64,000 nt of DNA from assembly GCA_001661245.1 (NCBI GenBank), contig KV454017.1:124001-188000 (forward strand), read 5' to 3'. Positions 10,376 to 20,517 of this stretch are shown one piece after another. The notes under the pieces were generated by a model. The model did not search any database, was not told the DNA's origin, and saw nothing but the letters and a program-made list of their open reading frames with translations. The position numbers and the translations under genes were made by a program. This DNA comes from Pachysolen tannophilus NRRL Y-2460. Its lineage: Eukaryota. Every line of letters starts with the position of its first letter. Position 1 is the stretch's first letter.

Positions 10376-12019
10376 ATGCCAGTTCCTCACGGTGGAAAAC
10401 TTGAAGATTTGATCGCTAGAGATAGTTCTATCAAAAATGATTTATTGAAAGAAGTTCATTCTTTGAAGTCAATAGTCTTGACAGAACGTCAGTTATGTGA
10501 TTTAGAGTTAATCTTGAATGGTGGGTTTTCACCGTTGACTTCGTTTATGAACGAAAAAGATTATACTAGTGTTGTAGAGAATATGAGATTAGCTAATGGT
10601 TTATTATGGACCATGCCAATTACTTTAGATCTTTCCAAGACAGATGCTTCGAAATTTTCAGTTAATGAAAGAGTTACGTTGAGAGATTTAAGAGATGATA
10701 AAGCTTTGGCTATAATTACTATTGAAGATATTTATGTTCCAAATAAGCAAGTTGAAGGTGAAAAAGTTTTTAGAGGTGTTGCAGATCATCCTGCAGTTAA
10801 ATATTTGAATGAAGTTGCAGGTGATGTTTATATTGGTGGTCAAATCCAAGCTATTAGTTTACCAACTCATTATGATTATACAGAGTTGAGGAAAACTCCT
10901 GCGCAATTAAGGGCCGAATTTGCTAATAGAAATTGGTCAAAAATTGTTGCATTTCAAACTAGAAATCCAATGCATAGAGCTCATAGAGAATTAACTGTAA
11001 GAGCTGCTAGAGAACAATTAGCAAATGTCTTGATTCATCCAGTTGTTGGTTTAACTAAACCTGGTGATATCGACTACCATACAAGAGTAAAAGTTTATAA
11101 AGAAATCATTAAGAAATATCCAAATGGTTTAGCTCTGTTGTCATTATTACCATTGGCTATGCGTATGGGTGGTGATCGTGAAGCTGTTTGGCATGCAATC
11201 ATTAGAAAAAATTATGGATGTACACATTTCATTGTTGGACGTGATCATGCTGGACCAGGTAAGAGTCTGATTACAGGTAAAGATTTCTATGGTCCTTATG
11301 ATGCTCAAGAATTAGTTGAACAATTTAAAAATGAATTAGAAATTGAAGTTGTTCCATTTAGAATGGTAACTTATCTTCCTGAAGAACAAAGATATGCTCC
11401 AATCGATGAAGTTAAAGAGGGTACAAAGACTGCTACTATTTCAGGTACTCAATTAAGACAAAAATTAAGAGATGGTTCCGAAATCCCTGAATGGTTCAGT
11501 TATTCTGAAGTTGTTAAAATCTTAAGAAATTCTTATCCACCACGTAATGAACAAGGTTTTACTTTATATTTAACAGGTTTACCTAATTCAGGTGTTGACT
11601 CGTTAACCGATGCTTTACAAGCTACTTTTAATCAATTTGACAGTACAAGACATATTGCAGTTTTAGATCATGATGTTGAACAATCAGCTTTACCATTTAT
11701 TGCTCATGAATTAACAAGATCAAGAGCAGCTGTCATTATTGGTAACCCTTCAGTAGCCCCATCTTCAGCTCAGTTGAAACAAGTTGAAAAAGAAGTTTCA
11801 AAAGCTGGTTCTTTTATATTGATTTCATTAAAAGGTTCAGTTCATGAATGTAGTCAAATAGATAGAAAAAATTATTATTCTAATGGAAGACAAGATATTA
11901 AAAATTATGTTGCTCCAGAAAATCCAACTATTGAAGTCGATGTCTTAAATGAAGGAACTTTAGTTTCTGTTCAAAAAATCGTATTATACTTGGAAGAAGA
12001 AGGTTTCTTCAAATTTTAA
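10376..12019 (+). CDS. MET3: ATP sulfurylase
   Basis: [37 protein letters not shown]; degenerate APS-kinase-like C-terminal domain. Confidence 0.98.
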   Translation: MPVPHGGKLEDLIARDSSIKNDLLKEVHSLKSIVLTERQLCDLELILNGGFSPLTSFMNEKDYTSVVENMRLANGLLWTMPITLDLSKTDASKFSVNERVTLRDLRDDKALAIITIEDIYVPNKQVEGEKVFRGVADHPAVKYLNEVAGDVYIGGQIQAISLPTHYDYTELRKTPAQLRAEFANRNWSKIVAFQTRNPMHRAHRELTVRAAREQLANVLIHPVVGLTKPGDIDYHTRVKVYKEIIKKYPNGLALLSLLPLAMRMGGDREAVWHAIIRKNYGCTHFIVGRDHAGPGKSLITGKDFYGPYDAQELVEQFKNELEIEVVPFRMVTYLPEEQRYAPIDEVKEGTKTATISGTQLRQKLRDGSEIPEWFSYSEVVKILRNSYPPRNEQGFTLYLTGLPNSGVDSLTDALQATFNQFDSTRHIAVLDHDVEQSALPFIAHELTRSRAAVIIGNPSVAPSSAQLKQVEKEVSKAGSFILISLKGSVHECSQIDRKNYYSNGRQDIKNYVAPENPTIEVDVLNEGTLVSVQKIVLYLEEEGFFKF

Positions 12020-12300
12020 ACTTAGAAAAATATACAAATATACAAATATACATTAGTTTTTGATCTTTTCAAAATTTTTTCTTTTTTTTTTTTTTTTTTT
12101 TAATTATTGTTATTATTACTATTATTATTATAGAAGAATTATTTATTTATCATATCATGTGATTATAAGGTTTACTCATAAATCACACATGTGAACTAAA
12201 GTTTTATTTCTTTTCGTTCTTTTTTTTTTTTTTTTTTTACTTTTTTTTACTTTTTTTTTTCTTTTTTTTTTATCTTTACTTCGATATGATCAAATTTCCA

Positions 12301-13788
12301 TTAAAAGCTACATTTCCTAAGAAACTCTTTACAAAAAATTGTACTATCGATGATATTATAAGTTAAATATAAATAAGAGTCACAATCAAATTTTTGAATT
12401 GTCTTGTTGACACAATTAGGATTTTCATCATCTCCTCCATTATTATCATCTCCATTAACATTGATAAATGTTATATCTTTATCGCATTTAAATAACGCTT
12501 TAACTACCTTGGGGAAAGGTTTATAATCTAAATTGGAACTTGTCTTGTTAAATTTATAAGTAGATCTCGTTATAATTGGATTTAAAAAATTATTATAAAT
12601 TTTGTTGAAAATCATGCCAACTTTTGCAGAATTCATTTTGGTAATAATATCAATTTCGTCATTAAATTCTTTCGAATATTTTTTATCTAATAAATTTCCC
12701 AATTTAACTTTATGATAAAATATAGTATTTATAATATTCTTGGTTTGATTCAAACTAATTTCATTCAAATAAGTTGCAAAATTTGTAAATACATTTTCAT
12801 TTTCTGTAGGGTCACGAGAACATGTTAGACACAATTTTGCACCATTAGAATTTGAGCTATTAGAATTTAAGCTATTCCCATTATTTGAACCATCTTGTAA
12901 TTCTGGAGCTACTGAAACTTCCGGATCCTGTGATCCATTATTATTATTATTATTATTATATCCATCCAATTCTTTACCGCAGATACCACAATGATTTGCA
13001 GCCTGACTCGCAAACGCAATTTCAATATCTTCATTATTAATATCGCCTCCAGCAATCTCATTAATCAATTTCGAATGTTGTTTGTCATATGAAATCAACT
13101 CATTATCAATCTTGGACATATCAACAGTATTAACATGATTCTCACTTGCCATTGGCACTGGAGAATCATACAACGAATGTCCATTTATTGTATTATCAAT
13201 ATTCCTCATCGTTTGCTCATGATACTCATAATGTTTAAAAGGAGGACTTTGACGAAGAGGCTGCTGCAGTACTACTTGGTTCACCACAGAAGTGTTTCCA
13301 AATGGAAGAAAATTAGTATGATGGGATTCAGGTTCACCGCCAATATGGGCGGGAGATCTATGAAGCCCCACCTGGTGAGGCCCGTGAGGACCGTGAGACC
13401 CGTGAGATACTTGGAGACCTTGGGACCCGTGCCCATGGGGCCCCCGCCCAAGCTGCCCATGTTGCCCACCAACATTATTATTATTATTATTCTGAAGCAA
13501 AATATCCGAAGCACTTAATCTGGGCAGTCTTTGGAGTAACTGCAGCTCTTTCAACTCATGTTTCAAAAGCAACTGTTGTTGTTCCTCAATAGATTTATCC
13601 TTCAACTTAACCAGTCTTTTCTGTTTCCTTTCAATCTGCCGGCATGGCTGACATGTCTTATACCTCAAATCTTCCAATGGCTCAGAACTCGACCGTGCCC
13701 TCTTACAACGCCGACAAATACTCGGCAACTGAATAATCTCAAAAGTAGTACTATCTGCCGTAGTAACCGTTGTTGTTCTCTTAACCAT
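12301..13788 (-). CDS. Cys-rich putative zinc-binding transcription regulator; true C-terminus probably displaced to + strand 12162-12194
   Basis: N-terminal C-x2-C-x17-C-x2-C plus basic tail; central CGIC...CLTC; C-terminal FKC...KFDC domain lacking the expected His pair. Confidence 0.7.
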   Translation of the reverse strand: MVKRTTTVTTADSTTFEIIQLPSICRRCKRARSSSEPLEDLRYKTCQPCRQIERKQKRLVKLKDKSIEEQQQLLLKHELKELQLLQRLPRLSASDILLQNNNNNNVGGQHGQLGRGPHGHGSQGLQVSHGSHGPHGPHQVGLHRSPAHIGGEPESHHTNFLPFGNTSVVNQVVLQQPLRQSPPFKHYEYHEQTMRNIDNTINGHSLYDSPVPMASENHVNTVDMSKIDNELISYDKQHSKLINEIAGGDINNEDIEIAFASQAANHCGICGKELDGYNNNNNNNGSQDPEVSVAPELQDGSNNGNSLNSNSSNSNGAKLCLTCSRDPTENENVFTNFATYLNEISLNQTKNIINTIFYHKVKLGNLLDKKYSKEFNDEIDIITKMNSAKVGMIFNKIYNNFLNPIITRSTYKFNKTSSNLDYKPFPKVVKALFKCDKDITFINVNGDDNNGGDDENPNCVNKTIQKFDCDSYLYLTYNIIDSTIFCKEFLRKCSF

Positions 13789-14333
13789 TATATCACTTTA
13801 TATCTCTTCTTCTTCTTCAATTCTTTTCTTTTTTTTTTTGTATTCTAAGAAAACCTGTCAAAACTCGAAAAGTCGTATAAATTGAAATCTTATAAAAATA
13901 CAATCAAACAACCAACAACCAAAAACAAATCAATACCAATCTATATAAGCAAAACCCAATCTTCCCGATGATGATTGAAATGATACCCGATAATTTAATG
14001 AAAAGAGTATTATTATTATTATTATACTAATAACTCCGTTCCGTTTCTTTTACATTTTTCATACGTTTTCTATAATTTTTTTTCTCCAGATAAACTACTT
14101 TTTTTCCCCTAAGAAAGAGAAATTGATGGTGAAGATGGTGAAGATGGTTAAGTCTTTTACCGTTAAATCAAGAATTAAAGGAATTGGAAAGGTTTTAGAT
14201 CAGTATGGGGTATTGGAATAGAAGATTTTGAATTTTACTTTTTAGTTAAAGAATTGATGTTATAAATCTCTTTTTCTTATTATAGCGAATTTTTATAAAA
14301 AGATCTCAAAAATTTTTTTTTTTCACTTTTTTT

Positions 14334-15707
14334 TTACATAACTAACCATACACCAGTAGTAATGATCGACACTCCGACAACCACTGTGATTATTCCTGCG
14401 CCTGCCCTGTCTCCTGCGTCCAAGGTTAGGGGTTCCTCGACTTCGTCAGTGGATTGTGTTCCAGCGGCACCGTTACCGATTGAAGAGCCTCCATCTGTTG
14501 CAGTATAAGGAGCTGGTCTTTCTGGAGTTAACAAGTTTTGTATTACTTCTAAAGCACACATTTGTTCACCCAACCCGTAGTATCCATCCCAGCCGTTATA
14601 TGACCAGTCTAGACCGCATGTGTGTCCATCGTAACCGCCAACACATGATTGAGCTGCAGCTTTTGCTGATGTTTCTATTATAGGCATGATTGTGGTATAT
14701 AATGAGGGAACAAGTTTCATTGTTAAACCATAAGCTCGGACCAATAATGCTTTAAACGATCGTTGATCGGTATTACAAGTACCTGAAGTTTGACATGCAG
14801 CTTCATAAATCACAGAATTATTTAAGAAAACCAGTGTACCTTGTAAAAAATTATCAGTTCTTGTTAACCAAATCTCATCTTCTGTATAATTATATAAATA
14901 AGCACATCCAGACATCATCATCAGCGCTGTATAAGTCCATTGAAGTTCTGTAATTACAGAACAATTATCAGTTATACTGGCACCATCATAAATAAACCAA
15001 GAAGGACTTTCAACAATAAATCCTACTCCAATAAGCCAATCATAAACTTTTTCGCACCATTCAACATATGTATCATTGGAAGTATATCTTGCTAACCGAG
15101 CACCAAGGTGGAAAAGTCCCGCGTTCGAAACACTATTCTTATAATCATAACCTGCATTCCATTGGAAAATTTGCCATCTAAGACCTCCATCACAATTTGC
15201 AGTATCCCATCTAGCTGACATTGTATTGAAAACAGCTTGTGCTAAATATAACCATTGAGGTTCATCAGATGAAGGATTGGTGAAATTCCTCTCTGTGGCA
15301 GCCATAACCGCTATCCCCCAAAAAACTTGATCATCATTTCCTTCAGTAGTTGATTGATTTAATGGAATATAATCCCAATCATCTCCAACTTGATATAATA
15401 ATGCTTCCTTTATTGTATCAACATAAGTATCATTTTGTAAAAAAAACCAATTGTCCAACATCGAACCCCAAGCAAACCCTGCTTCCCACCAATAATAAGG
15501 TGAAGTGAATTCTCCAATAGTCCCACCATACTTATAACCTTCATAATAATCCATTAACCCAGTAGCGATTAAACCAGTTGCATTTTCAATAGACTCGTAC
15601 GATGAAAGATCCAACAAGATCGATTCTCCAAACCCAAAAAGACCAACTATTGTGAAAAGTGACCACCACCACAGCAGCAGCACTGAGCTAAAACACTTTA
15701 ATTTCAT
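14334..15707 (-). CDS. DCW1: GH76 mannan endo-1,6-alpha-mannosidase, GPI-anchored
   Basis: PYYWWEAG, DYIPLNQSTTEGNDDQ, PQWLYLAQAVFNTM, GGLRWQIF; signal peptide and hydrophobic tail DRAGAGIIT; ATG 15707. Confidence 0.9.
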   Translation of the reverse strand: MKLKCFSSVLLLWWWSLFTIVGLFGFGESILLDLSSYESIENATGLIATGLMDYYEGYKYGGTIGEFTSPYYWWEAGFAWGSMLDNWFFLQNDTYVDTIKEALLYQVGDDWDYIPLNQSTTEGNDDQVFWGIAVMAATERNFTNPSSDEPQWLYLAQAVFNTMSARWDTANCDGGLRWQIFQWNAGYDYKNSVSNAGLFHLGARLARYTSNDTYVEWCEKVYDWLIGVGFIVESPSWFIYDGASITDNCSVITELQWTYTALMMMSGCAYLYNYTEDEIWLTRTDNFLQGTLVFLNNSVIYEAACQTSGTCNTDQRSFKALLVRAYGLTMKLVPSLYTTIMPIIETSAKAAAQSCVGGYDGHTCGLDWSYNGWDGYYGLGEQMCALEVIQNLLTPERPAPYTATDGGSSIGNGAAGTQSTDEVEEPLTLDAGDRAGAGIITVVVGVSIITTGVWLVM

Positions 15708-15914
15708 CTTACACCTCACGGTTCCTATCTATTATATTTGCCGATAATCAAATTAAATCCAGGGTTTTCCTTTCCGCTCGTGATCCTCTTTTATTATTAG
15801 AACTTTTTTTTTTTATTTTTTTTAATTATTTTTTTTCGCGTTTTTCCGAAGAGGAGAAGAACGTGATTTTAAGTTCTCCCAAACGGAATCTTAAAAGAAA
15901 ACGGAGATGGAGGT

Positions 15915-15993
15915 GGAGATGGAGGAATTAAAAAGCGGAAACGGAGAACTTAAAAAGTGGAGATGGAGAATTTGAAATGCGGAGACGGAGAAG
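15915..15993 (+). repeat. 22-bp minisatellite, about 3.5 copies, in DCW1/ILV1 divergent promoter
   Basis: GGAGATGGAGGAATTAAAAAGC / GGAAACGGAGAACTTAAAAAGT / GGAGATGGAGAATTTGAAATGC / GGAGACGGAGAAG. Confidence 0.8.
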
Positions 15994-16256
15994 AAGCCTA
16001 AATAAAAAAAAAATCGTCTTTTTCTATCCATTGAATGAAAAATCATTGATACCGCTATTTTTTAGTCATAGAAAATGGTTATGATTATTATTGCAAATTG
16101 AAAATTACACTGTTCATTGTCATTATTTGGGATTTTCTTCAAGTTTGGTTTATTTTCTTAAACTGAGTTGTTGTCAAGTTTTTTTTTTTTCTTTTGTTGT
16201 TGTTGTTGTTGCTGTTGCAGAGATTAAATTGATATTTGTACTTGTTGTATTTCAAT

Positions 16257-17984
16257 ATGATTGTTAATAGTCCGTTACTGAATATGGTTTTTAGTGGAGG
16301 AAAAGTACTAAATCGTACTTTTCAATTGCAACGCTTTTTGTCATCACTGTCTTCACTGTCATCACTATCGTCGCTGGCGAAATTGCAGAGACAAAAAAAT
16401 TTGGAAAAATATCCTGATTTAAAAGAAGCCGATTTGCTAGTAAATGGGAAACCAGATTATGTGAAATTAGTATTAACTTCTAGGGTTTATGATGTAATGG
16501 ATGAGACTCCTACAACTTATGCAACTTCTTTATCTCAAAGGCTTGGTGTTAATGTAGTTTTGAAAAGAGAAGATTTAGTTCCAGTTTTCTCTTTTAAATT
16601 ACGTGGGGCTTATAATATGATTGCTCAATTATCTTCTGATAGGTTACTGAAAGGTATTATTGCATGTTCTGCTGGTAATCATGCTCAAGGAGTTGCTTAT
16701 AGTGCTAAGAACCTTGATATTCCTGCCACTATTGTTATGCCAGTTGCTACTCCTTCAATTAAATATCAAAATGTTTCAAGATTAGGTTCTCAAGTTGTAT
16801 TATATGGTGAAGATTTTGATGAAGCTAAAGCTGAATGTACAAGATTGGCAACAAAAAATGGACTAACCAATATCCCACCGTTTGACCATCCTTATATTAT
16901 TGCAGGACAAGGTACTATTGCGATGGAAATATTGAGGCAAATGAATATCAACAAGGTAAATGCAGTCTTTTGTCCTGTTGGTGGTGGAGGTTTGATTGCC
17001 GGTGTAGGTGTTTATTTAAAAAGATTGGCACCACATGTGAAAATTATTGGTGTTGAGACTTATGATGCAGATGATTTATACCAATCGTTGAGTGCACATA
17101 AAAGAGTTCAGTTAAATAGTGTTGGAATGTTTGCAGATGGTACTGCAGTGAAACTTGTTGGTGAAGAAACATTTGACGTTTGTAAAGAAGTGGTTGATGA
17201 AGTTGTTAAAGTCTCTACAGATGAAATTTGTGCTGCTATAAAAGACATTTTTGAAGATACAAGATCAATAGTGGAACCTTCAGGTGCAATGGGTGTTGCT
17301 GGTTTGAAAAAATATATTGTTGATCATCCAGAATTAGATCATTCAAGTTCAACATATGTTCCAATTCTATCTGGTGCAAATATGAATTTTGATAGATTGA
17401 GATTTGTCTCTGAACGTGCAGTTCTAGGTGAAGGTAAAGAAGTTTTCATGATGGTGGTTATACCAGATCATCCAGGTACTTTCTTTAAATTACAATCTGC
17501 AATACATCCAAGAGCCGTTACAGAATTTTCTTATCGTTCAGATGGCAGAAATAATGGTGTTGCTCATATATATACTTCTTTCTCAGTTATAGATAGAGAA
17601 AAAGAATTAGCTCAGGTCATGCTGAGTTTGCGTAAAGAAGGTTTTGATGCAATGGATATCAGTGATAACGAAATGGCTAAATCTCATGGTCGTTACCTCG
17701 TGGGAGGTTCTGCAAATATTGAAAATGAAAGATTACTCTGCTTTGAATTTCCAGAACGTCCAGGTGCATTGACAAAATTCTTGAAAGGAATGAAAACAAA
17801 TTGGAATTTGACTTTATTCCATTACAGAAACCATGGTCATGATATCGGTAAAGTTTTAGCAGGTATAAGCGTACCTCCAGAAGATAATGAGAAATTTCAA
17901 GAGTTTTTGGATAATTTAGGATATAAGTATAACGAGGAAACTGATAATGTGGTTTACCAAAAATTTTTATTGAGAAATGATTAA
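16257..17984 (+). CDS. ILV1: Threonine dehydratase (biosynthetic), mitochondrial
   Basis: [51 protein letters not shown]; start ATG 16257 (or 16284). Confidence 0.97.
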   Translation: MIVNSPLLNMVFSGGKVLNRTFQLQRFLSSLSSLSSLSSLAKLQRQKNLEKYPDLKEADLLVNGKPDYVKLVLTSRVYDVMDETPTTYATSLSQRLGVNVVLKREDLVPVFSFKLRGAYNMIAQLSSDRLLKGIIACSAGNHAQGVAYSAKNLDIPATIVMPVATPSIKYQNVSRLGSQVVLYGEDFDEAKAECTRLATKNGLTNIPPFDHPYIIAGQGTIAMEILRQMNINKVNAVFCPVGGGGLIAGVGVYLKRLAPHVKIIGVETYDADDLYQSLSAHKRVQLNSVGMFADGTAVKLVGEETFDVCKEVVDEVVKVSTDEICAAIKDIFEDTRSIVEPSGAMGVAGLKKYIVDHPELDHSSSTYVPILSGANMNFDRLRFVSERAVLGEGKEVFMMVVIPDHPGTFFKLQSAIHPRAVTEFSYRSDGRNNGVAHIYTSFSVIDREKELAQVMLSLRKEGFDAMDISDNEMAKSHGRYLVGGSANIENERLLCFEFPERPGALTKFLKGMKTNWNLTLFHYRNHGHDIGKVLAGISVPPEDNEKFQEFLDNLGYKYNEETDNVVYQKFLLRND

Positions 17985-18445
17985 ATAAACTTGTTTATAT
18001 AAGTAAGTAAGTATCTAAAAATTTATTATTATATTTTATTTTTTTTTTTTTTTACAAAACAACAACTTTGTTTAGATTCTTAAAACATTGACTTAGCATT
18101 GAGTCTATTATGAAATGAAATAAAAAGATAAAAAGCTATATAGATATAGAAAAAAAGAAAAGGCTGCTGCATTGCTAGTAATAGGACATAAAAATAAAAT
18201 AATAAAAACATATCTTTATAAAAAAAAAAAGAAAAGGAATTTGAACCTAATAAAATACGCCAAGAGCATCATTTTCACAAAAAAAAAAAAAAGAAAGAAC
18301 CTGCGTAGACCTTTCATACTTTGAGTTTTCCTTTTTCTTTCTTCTCAAGGTATTCAAAAACAGGACCGAAAAATGGGTGAAACAACAGGAGAACTAAAAG
18401 AAGTTAAATTTTCACGTTTTAAAAAAAGAGTCATGAGGCATTCTT

Positions 18446-19492
18446 TTAAATGTCAATTAAACTTGGACCCCCTTCCCCGTTGCTCTTATGCTGCTGTTGT
18501 TGAGACTGTGGAGCATTACCAAAACCATATCCTGTATAGGCCGGTATTATTCCAGTCGAAGGAACACCAGTGTATTGCGTATCAAAAAAGGGATTTGCTG
18601 ATCCATATTCTTGTTTGTAGCCTGTACCAGAAGAATTGATAAAAGTTCCTGTCTTTGTATGTTGAGCAGGAATTCTTGTGGCACCTGTATTTCCAAAAGT
18701 ATCCAAATCAGGACCAGTTGCCAATAATTGATTCAAATCAGAGTATTGCTCATTATTCTTCCGAGATCCAGTAAATGTCTGTCTTAATGGCTGGGATTGC
18801 TGAGGTTGCAGTTGTTGTTGTTGTTGTTGCAGTTGTAGTTGCAGTTGTTGTTGCAGCTGTTGTTGCAGCTGTTGCTGTAAATGATCTAAACTATTGTTAT
18901 TATTATTTTCGGATTGATGGTTCATAGCAAACGGATTATTAGAGCCTGTTTTAAGAGGTAATAATTGTTGTTGTTGTTGTTGTTGTTGTTGAGCAGCCAA
19001 TTGTTGCTGCTGTAATAGGTATGCCTGTTGTTGCAGTTGCAGCAGCTGTTGTTGTTGCAACAAGTACGCCTGTTGCAGTTGCAGTTGCTGCTGCAGTAAC
19101 AACTGTTGTTGTTGTTGTTGTTCTTGCAGTTGCAGCTGTTGTTGCAGTTGTTGCAGCTGCAAGGCTGCCAAGTCAAAATCAGAAAACTGTTGTTGGGGCT
19201 GTTGGCCAAACGCAGAGAATCCAGGATTGCCGCCGTTTTGATAAATAGGTTGTCCAAAAATATCATAACCAACAATGATTCCATATTGTGATTGCTGTTG
19301 TTGAGGCTGATCACTCAAATCCAATAAGTTTTGATTTTGTTGTTTTGATTTTCTCATTTCATCTTCTTCCAAGCTCAATTTTAATGCTTTTTGTAAACTT
19401 TCATCAGAGCTTGATCCTAACCTTCTACGTCTTTCTTCTTCTTCAGCAGTCAATCTGCTTTCTTCTAAAGCTTTTTGTAATTCAGCATCATA
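18446..19492 (-). CDS. ENT2: Epsin (Ent1/Ent2) C-terminal two-thirds, no start codon of its own
   Basis: YDAELQKALEESR and DESLQKALKLS UIMs, LLDL box, Q/A tract, two NPF motifs (TGSNNPF, SANPF), terminal clathrin box SLIDI; in-frame TAA immediately upstream of 19492. Confidence 0.88.
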   Translation of the reverse strand, partial: YDAELQKALEESRLTAEEEERRRRLGSSSDESLQKALKLSLEEDEMRKSKQQNQNLLDLSDQPQQQQSQYGIIVGYDIFGQPIYQNGGNPGFSAFGQQPQQQFSDFDLAALQLQQLQQQLQLQEQQQQQQLLLQQQLQLQQAYLLQQQQLLQLQQQAYLLQQQQLAAQQQQQQQQQLLPLKTGSNNPFAMNHQSENNNNNSLDHLQQQLQQQLQQQLQLQLQQQQQQLQPQQSQPLRQTFTGSRKNNEQYSDLNQLLATGPDLDTFGNTGATRIPAQHTKTGTFINSSGTGYKQEYGSANPFFDTQYTGVPSTGIIPAYTGYGFGNAPQSQQQQHKSNGEGGPSLIDI

Positions 19493-19735
19493 TTAATTAA
19501 AATATATTTAATTGCTTTTTAGTTTTGTCTTCAGTATCTTGTATTGGCTTTCACTTTGAATAAATTGAACTAGTGATTGATTAATTGTTTGGTTTTTTTT
19601 TTTTTTTTTTTGGTTTTTTGGTAGAAACAGAAAAAAAGATCAAAGATTAAGAGATTAAGAAATTAAGAAATTGTATTTCATTAGTTGGGGTTAATTTATT
19701 GGAAAAGAAAATTATTTTGGAAATATATATATGAA

Positions 19736-20269
19736 ATGTCAAAGTCTATTCTTCGTCAGGTTAAAAACATTGCAAATGGGTATTCCAGCGCCCAGGTTAT
19801 GGTTAGGAATGCTACATCCAATGAGCCTTATGGTCCAAGTACGGTAGAAATGGAAAATGTTGCGGAGCGTACTTTTGATAGTAGTGAATTTTTGGAAATA
19901 ATGGATATGGTTGATAAAAGATTGAATGATAAAGGTAAGAACTGGAGGCATGTTGCTAAGGCTTTAACTTTATTGGATTATTTGGTAAGATATGGTCATG
20001 AAAATGTTGTATTGTGGTCAAAGGACAATATCTATATTATAAAAACTTTACGTGAATTTCAATATACTGATGATAGTGGCCATGATCAAGGTGCTATTAT
20101 TAGGGTTAAGGCCAAAGAGTTGACCAGTCTTTTGATCAATGATGAGAGATTACGTTCTGAACGTAATCTGGCTAAGGAAAGTACTGGAAGAAGACGTAAG
20201 CATAGAAAGAATCGTGGTTACAGAGAAGATGGTTTAGATGAAGAACCAGTATTAATTTGTACAAACTAA
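19736..20269 (+). CDS. ENT2: Epsin (Ent1/Ent2) N-terminal ENTH domain, on the opposite strand from its C-terminus
   Basis: MSKSILRQVKNIANGYSSAQVMVRNATSNEPYGPS...DKRLNDKGKNWRHVAKAL...DQGAIIRVKAKEL; ends abruptly in PVLICTN*. Confidence 0.92.
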   Translation: MSKSILRQVKNIANGYSSAQVMVRNATSNEPYGPSTVEMENVAERTFDSSEFLEIMDMVDKRLNDKGKNWRHVAKALTLLDYLVRYGHENVVLWSKDNIYIIKTLREFQYTDDSGHDQGAIIRVKAKELTSLLINDERLRSERNLAKESTGRRRKHRKNRGYREDGLDEEPVLICTN

Positions 20270-20517
20270 TTATACAATTTATCTGTTCATTTCCAATACA
20301 AAATGGGGGTTTTAACTCGTTTTCTCTTATTCCATTTTATGAAAATTCGCCTTTTTTGCCTAAAACGGAGTAGATTCCTAAAACGGAAGTTACAGCTACA
20401 AAAACTTCCTAATTAAGAAGGCATAATGGTGATTAATTCAAATCTATATAGAGAAGTTCATTTCATTTCAATAAACCGATGACGAAAATGAAAAGAAATT
20501 GGGGAAAAAGAAGTAGG

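Noticed and set aside
12308..12332. Possible tiny GT-AG intron rescuing the end of the Cys-rich ORF
   Set aside because: Only 25 nt, non-consensus donor GTAAAG, no branch point
20249..20275. GTATTA as a splice donor for trans-splicing of the epsin halves
   Set aside because: Non-consensus donor and no AG acceptor before TATGAT on the minus strand; inversion explains the junction exactly
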